A stretch of DNA of 64,000 nucleotides from Treponemataceae bacterium (GTDB taxonomy: Bacteria; Spirochaetota; Spirochaetia; Treponematales; Rectinemataceae). The DNA lies in NCBI GenBank assembly GCA_963678065.2, contig CAXXVZ010000002.1, forward strand, positions 384,001 to 448,000. The letters are read 5' to 3'. The translations under genes and the position numbers were made by a program. A model generated the notes under the pieces. The model saw nothing but the letters and a program-made list of their open reading frames with translations, did no database searches and was not told where the DNA came from. Below, piece by piece: positions 48,964 to 59,253 of this stretch. Within the stretch, counting starts at the first letter, position 1. Every line of letters begins with the position of its first letter.

Positions 48964-49997
48964 CGTTGAATCCGCCCCTCTGTCTCGCCGGCCGCCAGGG
49001 CGCGAACTTCGTCGAGCGAACAGAGATTGAAGTCGCCGGGAATCGAGTGTTTGAGGCAGGAGGCGGCTACGGCGAACTCGATGCAGTCCTGGAAGGAAAG
49101 CCCCGAGAGCATCGAGTAGATCAGACCGCCGGAGAAGGAATCCCCTCCGCCGACCCTGTCCACGATCGGTTCGATCATGTATTTCCTGCTCGAATAAACA
49201 GTTCTTCCATCGCAGAGCATGCCGCTCCAGCCATTCGCGGAGGCCGAGATGCTCTGTCTGAGCGTGGTCGCGACTGACTTGAATCCGAACTTCGCGGCGA
49301 GGCGCTTCGCGAGTTCGGCATAGGACTCTTCGGGGAGCAGACCCTTCGAGGAATCGCTGCTTTCGGCCTTCATGCCGAAGACTTTCTCGGCGTCCTCCTC
49401 GTTGCCGATGAGAACATCGACACGCTCCATGATGCCGGGCATGATGCGCTGGGCTTCCTGCGGCGACCAGAGCTTGGCGCGGTAGTTGAGGTCACAGCTG
49501 ACGGTGAGGCCGGCAGCCTTGGCCGCGACCAGGGCTTCGGATAGCCGCGCCCGCGGCTTCTCTCCGAGGGCGGGCAGTGTTCCCGAGAAGTGGAACCAGT
49601 CCTTGCCGGCGCATATCTCGTCCCAGTCGTAGTCTCCCGGACCCGAATCGCAGATGGCGCTCCGGGAGCGGTCGTATATGATCTTGGAGGGCCGCTGAGC
49701 CGCGCCGGTCTCGAGGTAGAAGAGGCCGAGTCGTTCACCGCCCCTCGCCACGTGGTCGACATTGACTCTGAAACGGGAGAGGTAGTCCAGACAGGCCTGT
49801 CCTATCTCGTTCGCGGGAACCTTGGAGACCACATAGGCCTCCATGCCGAAGTTGACAAGCGATACCGCGGCGTTCGCTTCAGCCCCCGTGTAGCGGACAT
49901 CGAAACTGTTCGCCTGGACGAAACGCTCGACGCCGGGCGGCGCGAGTCTGAGGAGGAGTTCTCCGAAGGTGACGATTTTCTTCTTGTCCGTGTCCAT
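48960..49997 (-). CDS. kdgK: PfkB sugar kinase, 2-keto-3-deoxygluconate kinase-like
   Basis: FGELLLRL, GAEAN, DLNYRAKLW, DRVGGGDSF, KHSIPGDFN. Confidence 0.82.
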   Translation of the reverse strand: MDTDKKKIVTFGELLLRLAPPGVERFVQANSFDVRYTGAEANAAVSLVNFGMEAYVVSKVPANEIGQACLDYLSRFRVNVDHVARGGERLGLFYLETGAAQRPSKIIYDRSRSAICDSGPGDYDWDEICAGKDWFHFSGTLPALGEKPRARLSEALVAAKAAGLTVSCDLNYRAKLWSPQEAQRIMPGIMERVDVLIGNEEDAEKVFGMKAESSDSSKGLLPEESYAELAKRLAAKFGFKSVATTLRQSISASANGWSGMLCDGRTVYSSRKYMIEPIVDRVGGGDSFSGGLIYSMLSGLSFQDCIEFAVAASCLKHSIPGDFNLCSLDEVRALAAGETEGRIQR

Positions 49998-50044
49998 CCC
50001 GTTCTCCTGTGTTCGAGCCCGCCCGGCGGATGTCCGCTCGGACA

Positions 50045-50890
50045 TCATTGTTTCACGGCTCCCGCGGTCAGCCCGGCGGTTATCTGCTTCGCGGCGACGA
50101 AATACATGACAGTCACCGGGACGCTTGCGATCATGGAAGCGGCAAACAACCTTCCCCAGGCCACCTGGTCGCCGATTATCAGGTCGGCTATCGCGAGCAT
50201 GACTGTGAAGCGTTTCTGGCTGTTGATGAGGATGAAGGCCATGAGATAGTCGTTCCAGACTCTGGTGAAGGTGTAGATGGCCGTGGCCACGATCCCCGGC
50301 GCCGCCACCGGAACGATAATCTTCATGATAATTGTAAATCGCGAGTAGCCATCGAGGAGAGCCGCTTCCTCGAGCTCGCGTGGGATGCTCTTGAGATACG
50401 TGATGAATATCCAGGTCGCATATGGAATGGATAGCACAGGATATACGAAGAACAGGGACCCGGTGGTATTGCTGATGCCGAGTTTGGACAAGAGGACGTA
50501 GAAGGGGATGAACAGCATGAACAGTGGTATGAGGTAGGTGAAGAGCACGAACTGGGCCATGATCATCTTGCCCCTCATCTTCTGCCTGCCGATCGCGTAG
50601 CCAGCGAGAAGGCTCACGAAAATCGTGATGAAGGTCGAGCCTCCGGAAATGTAAATGGAATTGAGCAGGCTGCGCATGAAAGCGCCGTTGGTCAGTATCC
50701 AGGCATAATGATCGAAAATGACCTTTCCGGGCCAGAAGGTCGGGATCCTGCCGATTATCTCCCTCGTGGGCTTGAGTGACGATATTGCCAGCCAGTAGAT
50801 GGGGAAGAGCGTCCAGATCAGGAGCATCAGGGCGAAGAAGTAGATTGCCAGGAGCCGCAGTTTCCTGTACAAGGCACCCCTGTCGATCAT
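50045..50890 (-). CDS. Carbohydrate ABC permease (MalG-like)
   Basis: EEAALLDG, WNDYL, GAVKQ. Confidence 0.9.
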   Translation of the reverse strand: MIDRGALYRKLRLLAIYFFALMLLIWTLFPIYWLAISSLKPTREIIGRIPTFWPGKVIFDHYAWILTNGAFMRSLLNSIYISGGSTFITIFVSLLAGYAIGRQKMRGKMIMAQFVLFTYLIPLFMLFIPFYVLLSKLGISNTTGSLFFVYPVLSIPYATWIFITYLKSIPRELEEAALLDGYSRFTIIMKIIVPVAAPGIVATAIYTFTRVWNDYLMAFILINSQKRFTVMLAIADLIIGDQVAWGRLFAASMIASVPVTVMYFVAAKQITAGLTAGAVKQ

Positions 50891-51801
50891 GAATGCTCTC
50901 CTTTTATGAGGTTCCTGATGACAGGTATCATGATCAGGAGCATGACCGGCATCGTCAAAAGCGAGGATGCGGACGCCCTTCCGAGGAATCCCATTCCGCG
51001 AAGCCCGAATGCGTAGTTCCAGGTGACGATCGAGATTATGGAGGTCGAGGTTCCCGGACCTCCTCCGGTCAGGAGCCAGGGGGTCTCGAAGTCGTTGATC
51101 GTCCATATCAGGGACACGAGGGTCGTGACCAGGACGATGCCTTTGATGGATGGAAGCGTAATGTAGAGGAATTCGTGCCATTTATTGGCACCGTCAATCC
51201 TTGCGGCTTCGTACAGCTCGTCGGGCACGGTCTGGAGTCCGGCCAGGACATTTATCGTGAAGAAGGGCGTGCCCCTCCAGATATTCACCAGAATCATCGA
51301 GAACATGGCCATCACGGGAGTCGAGAGCCATCCGATCGGCTTCGATATCAGTCCCAGGTTCAGGAGCGCGTAATTGAATATGCCGCCATTGCCGGTGTAC
51401 AGGGAACTCCATATGTAGATTGCGACGACGCCCGGGATCGTCCATGGAAGCAGAAATGCCGGACGCAGGATTCGCTTGTTGAAGATGAAGCCTCGCTTGA
51501 AAAGGTTCCCGTGGAGGAGCAAGGCAATGGCGAGTCCCAAGACCAGCTTGCCGGCAACGGCTCCAATGGAGTAGACAGCCGTGTTGGCGGCGCTTTGCCG
51601 GAAAGCCTCGTCATCGAGCAGATATGCGTAGTTGGACAATCCCGTGAATTTCGCCTCGGAGCCGATTTTCTTGTCGGTGAAGCTGTTGTAAACAGTCCAG
51701 GCTATCGGGAATACCATGCCGACGATGAGGATGATCATTGCCGGGGCAGCGATCGCGTACGGGAATATATCGATTCTTTTTTTTCCCCTTGTCGGAGCCA
51801 T
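50887..51801 (-). CDS. Carbohydrate ABC permease (MalF-like)
   Basis: GLSNY, WRGTPF, YEAARIDGA, TGGGPG. Confidence 0.92.
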   Translation of the reverse strand: MAPTRGKKRIDIFPYAIAAPAMIILIVGMVFPIAWTVYNSFTDKKIGSEAKFTGLSNYAYLLDDEAFRQSAANTAVYSIGAVAGKLVLGLAIALLLHGNLFKRGFIFNKRILRPAFLLPWTIPGVVAIYIWSSLYTGNGGIFNYALLNLGLISKPIGWLSTPVMAMFSMILVNIWRGTPFFTINVLAGLQTVPDELYEAARIDGANKWHEFLYITLPSIKGIVLVTTLVSLIWTINDFETPWLLTGGGPGTSTSIISIVTWNYAFGLRGMGFLGRASASSLLTMPVMLLIMIPVIRNLIKGEHS

Positions 51802-51894
51802 GGTACTCTGCCCTCCAATTGCGCCCGGCAGGATCGAGGGGCAAGCTGGTTGCCTGCTCCGCGATCCTACTGGATCAGATCGGTCAAACCGCGA

Positions 51895-53205
51895 TCAGTT
51901 TTTCGCTTTTTTCAAATCGTTGACGATCTTTCGGCATTCGTCGGCGAAGCGCTTCGCGGCGGCCTCGACCGTCATCTTGTCCGTCACCATCCAGGAATGC
52001 AGCTTGTTGGGGAACATCTGGTTCAGCACCACGCCCTGTATCGGCGTCATGGCCTTGCTGGGATACTCCTCCGAGTAACCGGTCTCGGCCGACTCGATGA
52101 CGGCCTTGTTCACAGGATCGTTCGTGAAGAACGGATCGGTCAGGCTGCGGGCATATACCGGCATGGAGAGGGGGGCGAAGGCTTTGACCCAGGGATCGTA
52201 CCAACTCTTGTCCAGGACGTACTTCGTCAGTTTCTTCGCGGTGTCCTGGTTGGTCGGATTCTTAAAGACCATGAAGCCGCTGCCCACCAGTATGGAGAAC
52301 CTGCCCTTGGGTCCGGCCGGCCAGGGCGCGACGCCCGTGTTGGCCCAGATATCCGGGGCGTCCTTCTTGAGCGACGCGGCGATCGAGGGAAGATTGAGGA
52401 TGAAGCATGCCGATCCCGAAAGGTAGGCCTTGTTGTTGTACATGTCGTCGCCAGTGACGCCATCGGGATTGTTCGATTCCGCGATGATGTCGGCGATCAC
52501 CTTGTAGGCCTGGATGGATTGCGGGGAATCAGCTATTACCTCGTCATCCTTGATAATGCCGCCGCCGTAGCTCCAGAGGACGGAGTTCATCATGTTCTTG
52601 TGGTCCGTCGCAGTGGGGCCAAAGCCGAACGCGACGCCCCAGATGCCGTCCTTGGGGGAGGTGGTCGCCTTGGCCTGAACGCGCAGTTCTTCCCAGGTCT
52701 TGGGCGGAGCGGTGAAACCAGCCTTGGCGAGCAGGTCCTTCCTGTACCACATCGGGTAGCACTGTAAGGTGTGCGGGACAGCATAGAACTTGCCGTTGAA
52801 AGCTCCCCAGTTCTTGGCCGAGCCGAACATCTTGCCGTTGTCCTTTTCGACTTCGGCGAGGACGTCGCTTACATCCACGATAAGTCCCTTGTCCGCGTAC
52901 TCGACACATTTGGATTGATACGTGTAGCAGACATCCGGCGGCTGCTTCGCCTCTACGGCGGCCGCGAGCTTCTGCATGAGAACGGCATTATCCATGATTT
53001 CGCAGGTCACGTTGATGCCATTCTTCGCGCCGTATTCCTCGAATCTCGCCTTCAGCGCGTCATTCGCCTCGGGAACGAATGTTTTCTGAACCCAGACGAT
53101 CAGGGATTTGGGTTTCGCCTGCGCTCCTACCATTGAAGTAGCAGCCAGTGCCAGCGCTACCACCACGATCAGAAGCTTCGTTCTATTGTTCTTCAGCATT
53201 GTCAT
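51895..53205 (-). CDS. Carbohydrate ABC substrate-binding protein
   Basis: Signal peptide, PPDV, WYRKDLL, PKTWEEL, PAGPKG. Confidence 0.9.
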   Translation of the reverse strand: MTMLKNNRTKLLIVVVALALAATSMVGAQAKPKSLIVWVQKTFVPEANDALKARFEEYGAKNGINVTCEIMDNAVLMQKLAAAVEAKQPPDVCYTYQSKCVEYADKGLIVDVSDVLAEVEKDNGKMFGSAKNWGAFNGKFYAVPHTLQCYPMWYRKDLLAKAGFTAPPKTWEELRVQAKATTSPKDGIWGVAFGFGPTATDHKNMMNSVLWSYGGGIIKDDEVIADSPQSIQAYKVIADIIAESNNPDGVTGDDMYNNKAYLSGSACFILNLPSIAASLKKDAPDIWANTGVAPWPAGPKGRFSILVGSGFMVFKNPTNQDTAKKLTKYVLDKSWYDPWVKAFAPLSMPVYARSLTDPFFTNDPVNKAVIESAETGYSEEYPSKAMTPIQGVVLNQMFPNKLHSWMVTDKMTVEAAAKRFADECRKIVNDLKKAKN

Positions 53206-53547
53206 TCAGATACCTCCTCGAAAAGGGCTTAGTGTCCGCTACCCGGATTACAAGGTTCCTCTGAACGCTTGAAATCCTCCGCTATCCCCTTGTTTCTTCC
53301 ATCGTTCTCCCGGTCCCAATCCCGAGACAGACGTTGATTCGTTCTGGGCAGGCAACCACAGGGGCTTGGTCGGCCAGAATCTGTGCTACGCGCTCCGTTG
53401 ATTGTTCCTCCTTGCTCCTTTTCCACGCCTGCATGCTAAACGAGCCACATTCCTGGGTCAAAATGCCGGATGAATACACTCGATAGAATTGTCATGACGG
53501 ACCGCCGCCAGGAAAGCGCGACAGCCTCCTTGCCTGAGTTTTTTCGC

Positions 53548-54591
53548 TTAACGCTGGATGCGGCCCGAGCCACCGCTGCGAATCAGCTCCATGATTTCGT
53601 CGAAGCTCACGAGATTGAAGTCGCCGTGGATCGTGTGCTTCAGACAGGAGGCGGCAGCGGCGAATTCCACGGTTTCCTGCAAGTCCTGTCCTGTCAACAA
53701 GCCATAAATGATCCCGGAGGAAAAAGCATCGCCGCCACCGATCCGGTCGACGACGGGATCGATATGGTACTTGCGGCTCATGTAGAAATCCTTCCCGTCG
53801 AAGAGGAAGCCGGACCAGTCATTCACCGAAGCGGAGACACTTTCCCGCAATGTTATCGACACATGTGTGAAGCCGAAGCGTTCGACCAGCTGGCGGGCGA
53901 CGTCCTGGTAGCCCTGTTCATCCAGCTTGCCGGCATGGACATCGGTGCCGCGGGCCTTGATGCCGAACAGGAGCTCGACCTCCTCCTCGTTGGTGAACAG
54001 GACGTCAACGTACTGCATGAGGTCGCCCATCTCCTTGCGCGCCTTTTCGACCGACCAGAGCTTGCGCCGGAAGTTGAGGTCGGCGCTGACTGTGACGCCA
54101 TGCCTCTTCGCCGCGGCACAAGCCTCCTTGGTGATGGCTGCGACGCTGTCCGACAGGGCCGGCGTGATACCGGTAAAATGGAACCAGTGCTTTCCCGCGA
54201 AGATCGCGTCCCAGTCGAAATCTCCTGCGGAAAGCTCGTTGATGGAACTGCCCTTGCGGTTGTACAGGAAGGTGGAGGGACGCTGGGAGGCGCCCGTCTC
54301 GACGTAGTAGATGCCGAGGCGGAAACCGTTCTTCTTCACGTGGTCGAGATTGAGGCCGAACTGCCGGAGGTAGTTCAGGCAAGCTTCCCCGATGGCATTG
54401 TCGGGAACGCTCGATACCATGTAGCTCGTAACGCCGTACTGAACCAGCGACACGCCGAGGTTCGCCTCCGCGCCTGAGTAGCTCACGTCGAATTCGCGGG
54501 CCTGGACGAGGCGCTCATGGTGCTTTGTCGATAACCTCATCATGAGTTCACCAAAGAAGACGGCCTTCTTGTCAGTCGCCACCTTGGTCAT
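53548..54591 (-). CDS. kdgK: PfkB sugar kinase, KDG kinase-like (paralog 2)
   Basis: FGELMMRL, GAEAN, DLNFRRKLW, DRIGGGDAF, KHTIHGDFN. Confidence 0.82.
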   Translation of the reverse strand: MTKVATDKKAVFFGELMMRLSTKHHERLVQAREFDVSYSGAEANLGVSLVQYGVTSYMVSSVPDNAIGEACLNYLRQFGLNLDHVKKNGFRLGIYYVETGASQRPSTFLYNRKGSSINELSAGDFDWDAIFAGKHWFHFTGITPALSDSVAAITKEACAAAKRHGVTVSADLNFRRKLWSVEKARKEMGDLMQYVDVLFTNEEEVELLFGIKARGTDVHAGKLDEQGYQDVARQLVERFGFTHVSITLRESVSASVNDWSGFLFDGKDFYMSRKYHIDPVVDRIGGGDAFSSGIIYGLLTGQDLQETVEFAAAASCLKHTIHGDFNLVSFDEIMELIRSGGSGRIQR

Positions 54592-55253
54592 CTCACGCTC
54601 CCGGCGCGGGCATCGCGCACGATCTGAATCATCCTGCGGGCGTTGGCGGTGATGGCGGGATAGTCCCTGGCCGCCATCATGGCCTTCGGAACCAGGGCGC
54701 CGCCGACGCCGACGGCGATCGCGCCCGCCTTGATGAATGCCCCGGCGGTTTCGAAGTCGACGCCCTTGGTTGGCAGGAGCTCGATCTGGGGCAGGGGCTC
54801 CTTGACGGCCTTGAGGAAATCCGGGCCGCCGACGTTCTGGGCCGGAAATACCTTGACCACGTCGGCGCCGCCCTTCCAGGCGCGCAGTATCTCCGTCGGC
54901 GTCATCGCGCCGGGCATGACGGGAATGCCATAGGAGTGACACAGGTCGACCGTCCCCTGGTCGAAGGTAGGTCCCACGATGAAATGCGAGCCGGCGAGGA
55001 TGGCCAGGCGGGCGGTCTCGGCGTCGAGAACAGTGCCGGCCCCCACATAGATGTCGAGGTCGCGCAGACCGCGCACAACATCCTTGATTATCTCGAGGGC
55101 CCACGGGATGGTCATGGTGATTTCTATGAATTTGATGCCGCCCTCGTGAAGGGCCTTAGCCACTGCTCCCAAGTCTACCGGATTCTCCGTCCGTATCACC
55201 GCCACCACGCCGGTTTCCCTGAGCGAACATATCAATCCATCCTTGTGCGTCAT
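54588..55253 (-). CDS. eda: KDPG/KHG aldolase family
   Basis: VAVIR, IEITM, GAGTVLD, PGAMTPTE, VKVFPA. Confidence 0.88.
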   Translation of the reverse strand: MTHKDGLICSLRETGVVAVIRTENPVDLGAVAKALHEGGIKFIEITMTIPWALEIIKDVVRGLRDLDIYVGAGTVLDAETARLAILAGSHFIVGPTFDQGTVDLCHSYGIPVMPGAMTPTEILRAWKGGADVVKVFPAQNVGGPDFLKAVKEPLPQIELLPTKGVDFETAGAFIKAGAIAVGVGGALVPKAMMAARDYPAITANARRMIQIVRDARAGSVR

Positions 55254-55264
55254 TCTCCCCCCCT

Positions 55265-56161
55265 CTATTTTGACCGGGCCATGAAACCCCTGACCTGTTC
55301 TTTCTGTTCCTGGCTGAGCGGTTCGAGAGGGGAGACTGGCTTCCCGGAACCGAAACCGATAGCGGCCAATGCCTGCTTGATCCCGGAGATCCAGTTCGGG
55401 CCGGCGCGGACGATGTTTTCGCGGAGGACCTCGATGCGCGCCTGAGCCGCGGCGAGCTCGTCCCAATCGCCCCGACCCGCCGCCCGCCAGGCGCGGATAA
55501 AGGTCTGCGGCTCCACATTGGCGCAGACCGGTACGACGCCCCGCGCGCCCGCCCTCAATCCTTCAGCGATGCCGGGCTCGTCACCCATGAAGACCTTGAG
55601 GCCATGGGGTCCGCCTTCGCCAAGGAGACGACGGAAATACCCCATGTCGCCCGAGCTTTCCTTGCAATACTCGATCGTGCCGAGCCGGGCGAGTTCCGTC
55701 ACAACCTCGACGGGCACCTGGGAGCCGGTGCAGCTCGGTATGTTGTAGGCGATCATCTTCATTCCCCGGGCACCGGCCGCGCACTCCCGGAACAGGCGCA
55801 GATACTCGCCTGGCGTACGCAGAGTGATGTAATACGAGGGGGCGACGACGAAGTACTCGAAACCCGAGGCCGCGAGTATTTCGACGCGTTCCAGTATCCG
55901 TCTGGTGGAACTGTCCATGGCGCCGCCCAGAAGAGGCAGCTTGTCTCCCGCCTCGTCATGGGCGATCTCGATCATGCGCCGCCATTCGACTGCGGTGAGC
56001 AAGGGGCCCTCTCCGGCCGAGCCGCCCACGAACAGGCCATCGACGCCCGCGTCGACCAGGCGTCGCATCATCAGCCTGAAGGCCGCCTCATCCACGCGAT
56101 CCTCCGCGTCGACCGGCGTGATCACCGGAACGATGACACCAGACAATTCGTTTCGCTTCAT
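55265..56161 (-). CDS. DHDPS-family lyase/dehydratase
   Basis: GSAGEG, AYNIPSCTG, CKESSGD. Confidence 0.88.
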   Translation of the reverse strand: MKRNELSGVIVPVITPVDAEDRVDEAAFRLMMRRLVDAGVDGLFVGGSAGEGPLLTAVEWRRMIEIAHDEAGDKLPLLGGAMDSSTRRILERVEILAASGFEYFVVAPSYYITLRTPGEYLRLFRECAAGARGMKMIAYNIPSCTGSQVPVEVVTELARLGTIEYCKESSGDMGYFRRLLGEGGPHGLKVFMGDEPGIAEGLRAGARGVVPVCANVEPQTFIRAWRAAGRGDWDELAAAQARIEVLRENIVRAGPNWISGIKQALAAIGFGSGKPVSPLEPLSQEQKEQVRGFMARSK

Positions 56162-56181
56162 ATCAGTCCTTCCTTCGTCCG

Positions 56182-57327
56182 TCAGACTGCGGTGTTCAGG
56201 GGATACTTGCCGGCTGCGAGCGCCTCCTCGAACAGCGCAATCACGTTTTCCGGTGGAACGTCGGGCTGGATGCAATGCACGGCGGAGCAGATGTAGCCGC
56301 CTCCTGGCCCCAGGTCCGCAATCCGGCGGCGAACCTCCGCGCGCACCTCCGCCGGCGTGCCTCTGGGCAGGACGGCCTGCGTGTCGATCCCTCCGCAGAA
56401 GGAAAGTCGCCTGCCAAACTCCCGTTTCAGGCGGGCCGTGTCTCCCATGTCGCCCGCCGAGACCTGCACCGGGTTCAGGAGCTCCACGCCGAGTTCGATC
56501 AGGTCGCCGATCAGGGGATAGATGTTCCCGTCGGTGTGGTAGAAGATTTTTGCTTTCGTCTTTCGCCTGATCGCGGACATGATCTCCGCGTGGAAGGGCT
56601 TGATGAGCCCGCGATACATGCCCGGCGAGATCAAGAGGGTATCCTGGCCCGCCAGATCGTCGCCCATGACAAGGACGTCGATGCAGTCGCCGGCCTCTTT
56701 GAGCAATCCTTCCACGGCCGCGAGCTGGAGGTCGGTCACCTTGCGCATCAGCGCTCTGGCGAAGTCCGGGTCCCCCGCCAGGTCCATCATCCAGTTCTCG
56801 ATGCCGCGCAGCATGCCGCAGTACTCGAAGGGCGACACGCCAGAAAGCGCCACGACGGCGTAGCCGGAATCCTGGATCTCCCGCGCCCTGGCCGCCATGC
56901 CGGCGAAGCGGACAGGATTGGCGAGGTCAGGCCAGGGGTGCCGCGCGATGTCGTCGATCGCGGCCTGCCCGAGAGGTGGCTTGGAGATCTCGTAATAGTG
57001 GCCGCCGGGCGCGCGAGACCAGGGGATGCCCCAGCCGTCCACGAAGGCGTCGCCGGGCAGTTCCCGCTCGTTGACCGTCGGCGCCGGGCCTGCCGTCAAC
57101 ATGCGCCCGTCGGATCCGAAACGCCGCATGACTTCCTCGTCGAGCAGGGAGTACTGGAGGGCGCGCCAGAAAACCTTGGTCTGGCTACTGATATGGAGGT
57201 GAGCCTTGAGACGATCGTAGGCCGCCGCCAGCATGGTTGTGGCGCCGGATGCGCCGATGAAAATCGGCACACGGTCCGGCTCCTCGTGATTCAAGGCGCA
57301 GAGCACCCGTTCGCGCGAGGTCATCAT
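56182..57327 (-). CDS. URO-D-fold protein
   Basis: MTSRERV...EPDRVP, DGWG, GDDLAGQ, YHTDG, SAVHCIQ. Confidence 0.9.
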   Translation of the reverse strand: MMTSRERVLCALNHEEPDRVPIFIGASGATTMLAAAYDRLKAHLHISSQTKVFWRALQYSLLDEEVMRRFGSDGRMLTAGPAPTVNERELPGDAFVDGWGIPWSRAPGGHYYEISKPPLGQAAIDDIARHPWPDLANPVRFAGMAARAREIQDSGYAVVALSGVSPFEYCGMLRGIENWMMDLAGDPDFARALMRKVTDLQLAAVEGLLKEAGDCIDVLVMGDDLAGQDTLLISPGMYRGLIKPFHAEIMSAIRRKTKAKIFYHTDGNIYPLIGDLIELGVELLNPVQVSAGDMGDTARLKREFGRRLSFCGGIDTQAVLPRGTPAEVRAEVRRRIADLGPGGGYICSAVHCIQPDVPPENVIALFEEALAAGKYPLNTAV

Positions 57328-58385
57328 ACCCTTCCCTCCCCTTTCGCGTCGTCTTCATCGAAGTCCAGCCCGAAATCCCGCGCCAGGCCGCGCAGGCTGG
57401 CGAGCACGTCCTCGGGCAGGCGCAACCCGTCCCTCAGCGCCGCCCTCCGGCGTTCCCACTCCATCTCCCCGGGCAGGTAGATCCGCTTTGCGCCGACCGC
57501 CTTGGGTGCTTGCCTGATCTCGCCGACGAGCTTGGCCACGCGCGACTTGAAAACGTCGACGGGCATGAAGGACGCGATGTCGATGGCGGTGAACGAGAGC
57601 GACTGGTTGACCCGCTCCGGGCCCATCACCCAGCTCGTGACTTCGCTGCCGACCGCGCCTCCGGAGATCAGCCCGGTGAGTATCTCGATCAGCAGGGCCA
57701 GGCCGAATCCCTTGTGGCCGGCCATCGGCATGAGCGCGCCGACCCGCGGATACCCGGACGGGTCGGTCGTGGTCAGCCCGTCCCCGTCGAGCAGCCAGCC
57801 CTCCGGTATCTTCTCGCCCACCGCCTGCGCCCTGTAGATCTTGCCGGCGGCCACGACACTCGTCGCGATGTCGAGGAACACCGCTTCTCCCGAGCCGTCG
57901 GGCACCGCGTATGCGATGGGATTGGTTCCGAGCACCGACCCGCGCGAGCCGGGAGCCGACACGCCGGGATCGACATTGCACATGCTGAGGCCGATGCAGT
58001 CCGCCTGGGCGGCCATGTTGGCATAGTAACCGGCGGCTCCGAAATGGCCGGAGTTCCTCACCGTGACAAAGGCCAGTCCCGCCACGCGAGCCTTGTCGAT
58101 GGCGGTGCGCATGGCCGTGAGGGCGCTCGTGATGGGCATGGAATGGTTGCCGTCGAAAAGCGCCCAGGCCGGGCCTTCGGCCACGAGCGAGGCCTCGGCC
58201 CGGATGTCCATCTTCCCGTCGCGGAAGTTTTTCAAAAGCCCTCTCAGCTGCTTTGTCCCGTGCGTGTGGGTGCCCCAGCTGTCGGTCATCACCAGGACCT
58301 CCGCGACCGCCGCCGCGTCCTCCTCGCTCATGCCTGCCCGGGCCATGGCCCTTACGCAGAATTTCTCCAAGGTTTCAGTTCGCAT
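57324..58385 (-). CDS. Ldh_2-family NAD(P)-dependent oxidoreductase
   Basis: GTHTHG, HFGAAGYY, GTNPIA, DIATS, GHKGFGL, LPGE. Confidence 0.9.
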   Translation of the reverse strand: MRTETLEKFCVRAMARAGMSEEDAAAVAEVLVMTDSWGTHTHGTKQLRGLLKNFRDGKMDIRAEASLVAEGPAWALFDGNHSMPITSALTAMRTAIDKARVAGLAFVTVRNSGHFGAAGYYANMAAQADCIGLSMCNVDPGVSAPGSRGSVLGTNPIAYAVPDGSGEAVFLDIATSVVAAGKIYRAQAVGEKIPEGWLLDGDGLTTTDPSGYPRVGALMPMAGHKGFGLALLIEILTGLISGGAVGSEVTSWVMGPERVNQSLSFTAIDIASFMPVDVFKSRVAKLVGEIRQAPKAVGAKRIYLPGEMEWERRRAALRDGLRLPEDVLASLRGLARDFGLDFDEDDAKGEGRV

Positions 58386-58407
58386 ATTCTCTCCTGCTTC
58401 TTTCAGT

Positions 58408-59253
58408 TCATCCCTTGACCGCGCCGATGGTGAGTCCCTGCACGATATAGCGCTGGGCCAAAATGAACAGCAGCAGCATGGGCAGGATCGCGATGATCGC
58501 CGCGGCCATCATCGGGCCCCACTGGTAGGTGTCCGCGGTCAGGAAGCCGGCCACGCCCAGGGGAAGGGTCATGAGCCTGTCGTTGGTGATCAGTGTCGCG
58601 GCATACAGGAATTCATTCCATGAAGTCGTAAACGAGAAAATCGCCGCCGTGGCTACGCCCGGCGCGGCCAACGGAAGGAGGATCCGGGACAGGATACCCA
58701 GGGGCGCGCATCCGTCGATCCGCCCCGCGTCGACCAATTCCTTCGGCAGGGTCTTGAAATACCCGTACAGCAGCCAGGTGCAGAAGGGGACGCTGAAGGT
58801 CTCGTGGGCGAGGACCAGGCCCAGGAACGTGTCGACCAGTCCCAGCTGGTTGAGCACGAGGAACAGCGGAATGAACAACAGGCCCTTGGGTATCACGTAG
58901 GAGAAGAAGATCGAAAGGGCCAATACCCGCCTGCCCCGATACCGGAAATGGGTCAGGCTATAGGCCGCCAGGATGCCCACGGCCAGGGCCATAATGGTGC
59001 TGGTCGCGGCGAGGAGCGTGCTGACCTCGATCCACTTGATGATCTCGTGCTGCTTGAACACTTCTATATAGTTAAAAAGCGTCAGCTTGGTCGGGAACAG
59101 GATCTGTGCGGTATTGAAGACGTCCCGGCCCTTCTTGAGGGAAGTCAGGAAAATCCAGTAGACGGGGAAAGCCGCGAACAGCGAAAGGGCAATGAGACTG
59201 CCGTATACAACAAGAGCCTGGAGGGGGCTGGGACGTCGCCTGGTGATGATCAT
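58408..59253 (-). CDS. Carbohydrate ABC permease (MalG-like)
   Basis: DAGRIDGC, WNEFLYA, GAVKG. Confidence 0.92.
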   Translation of the reverse strand: MIITRRRPSPLQALVVYGSLIALSLFAAFPVYWIFLTSLKKGRDVFNTAQILFPTKLTLFNYIEVFKQHEIIKWIEVSTLLAATSTIMALAVGILAAYSLTHFRYRGRRVLALSIFFSYVIPKGLLFIPLFLVLNQLGLVDTFLGLVLAHETFSVPFCTWLLYGYFKTLPKELVDAGRIDGCAPLGILSRILLPLAAPGVATAAIFSFTTSWNEFLYAATLITNDRLMTLPLGVAGFLTADTYQWGPMMAAAIIAILPMLLLFILAQRYIVQGLTIGAVKG

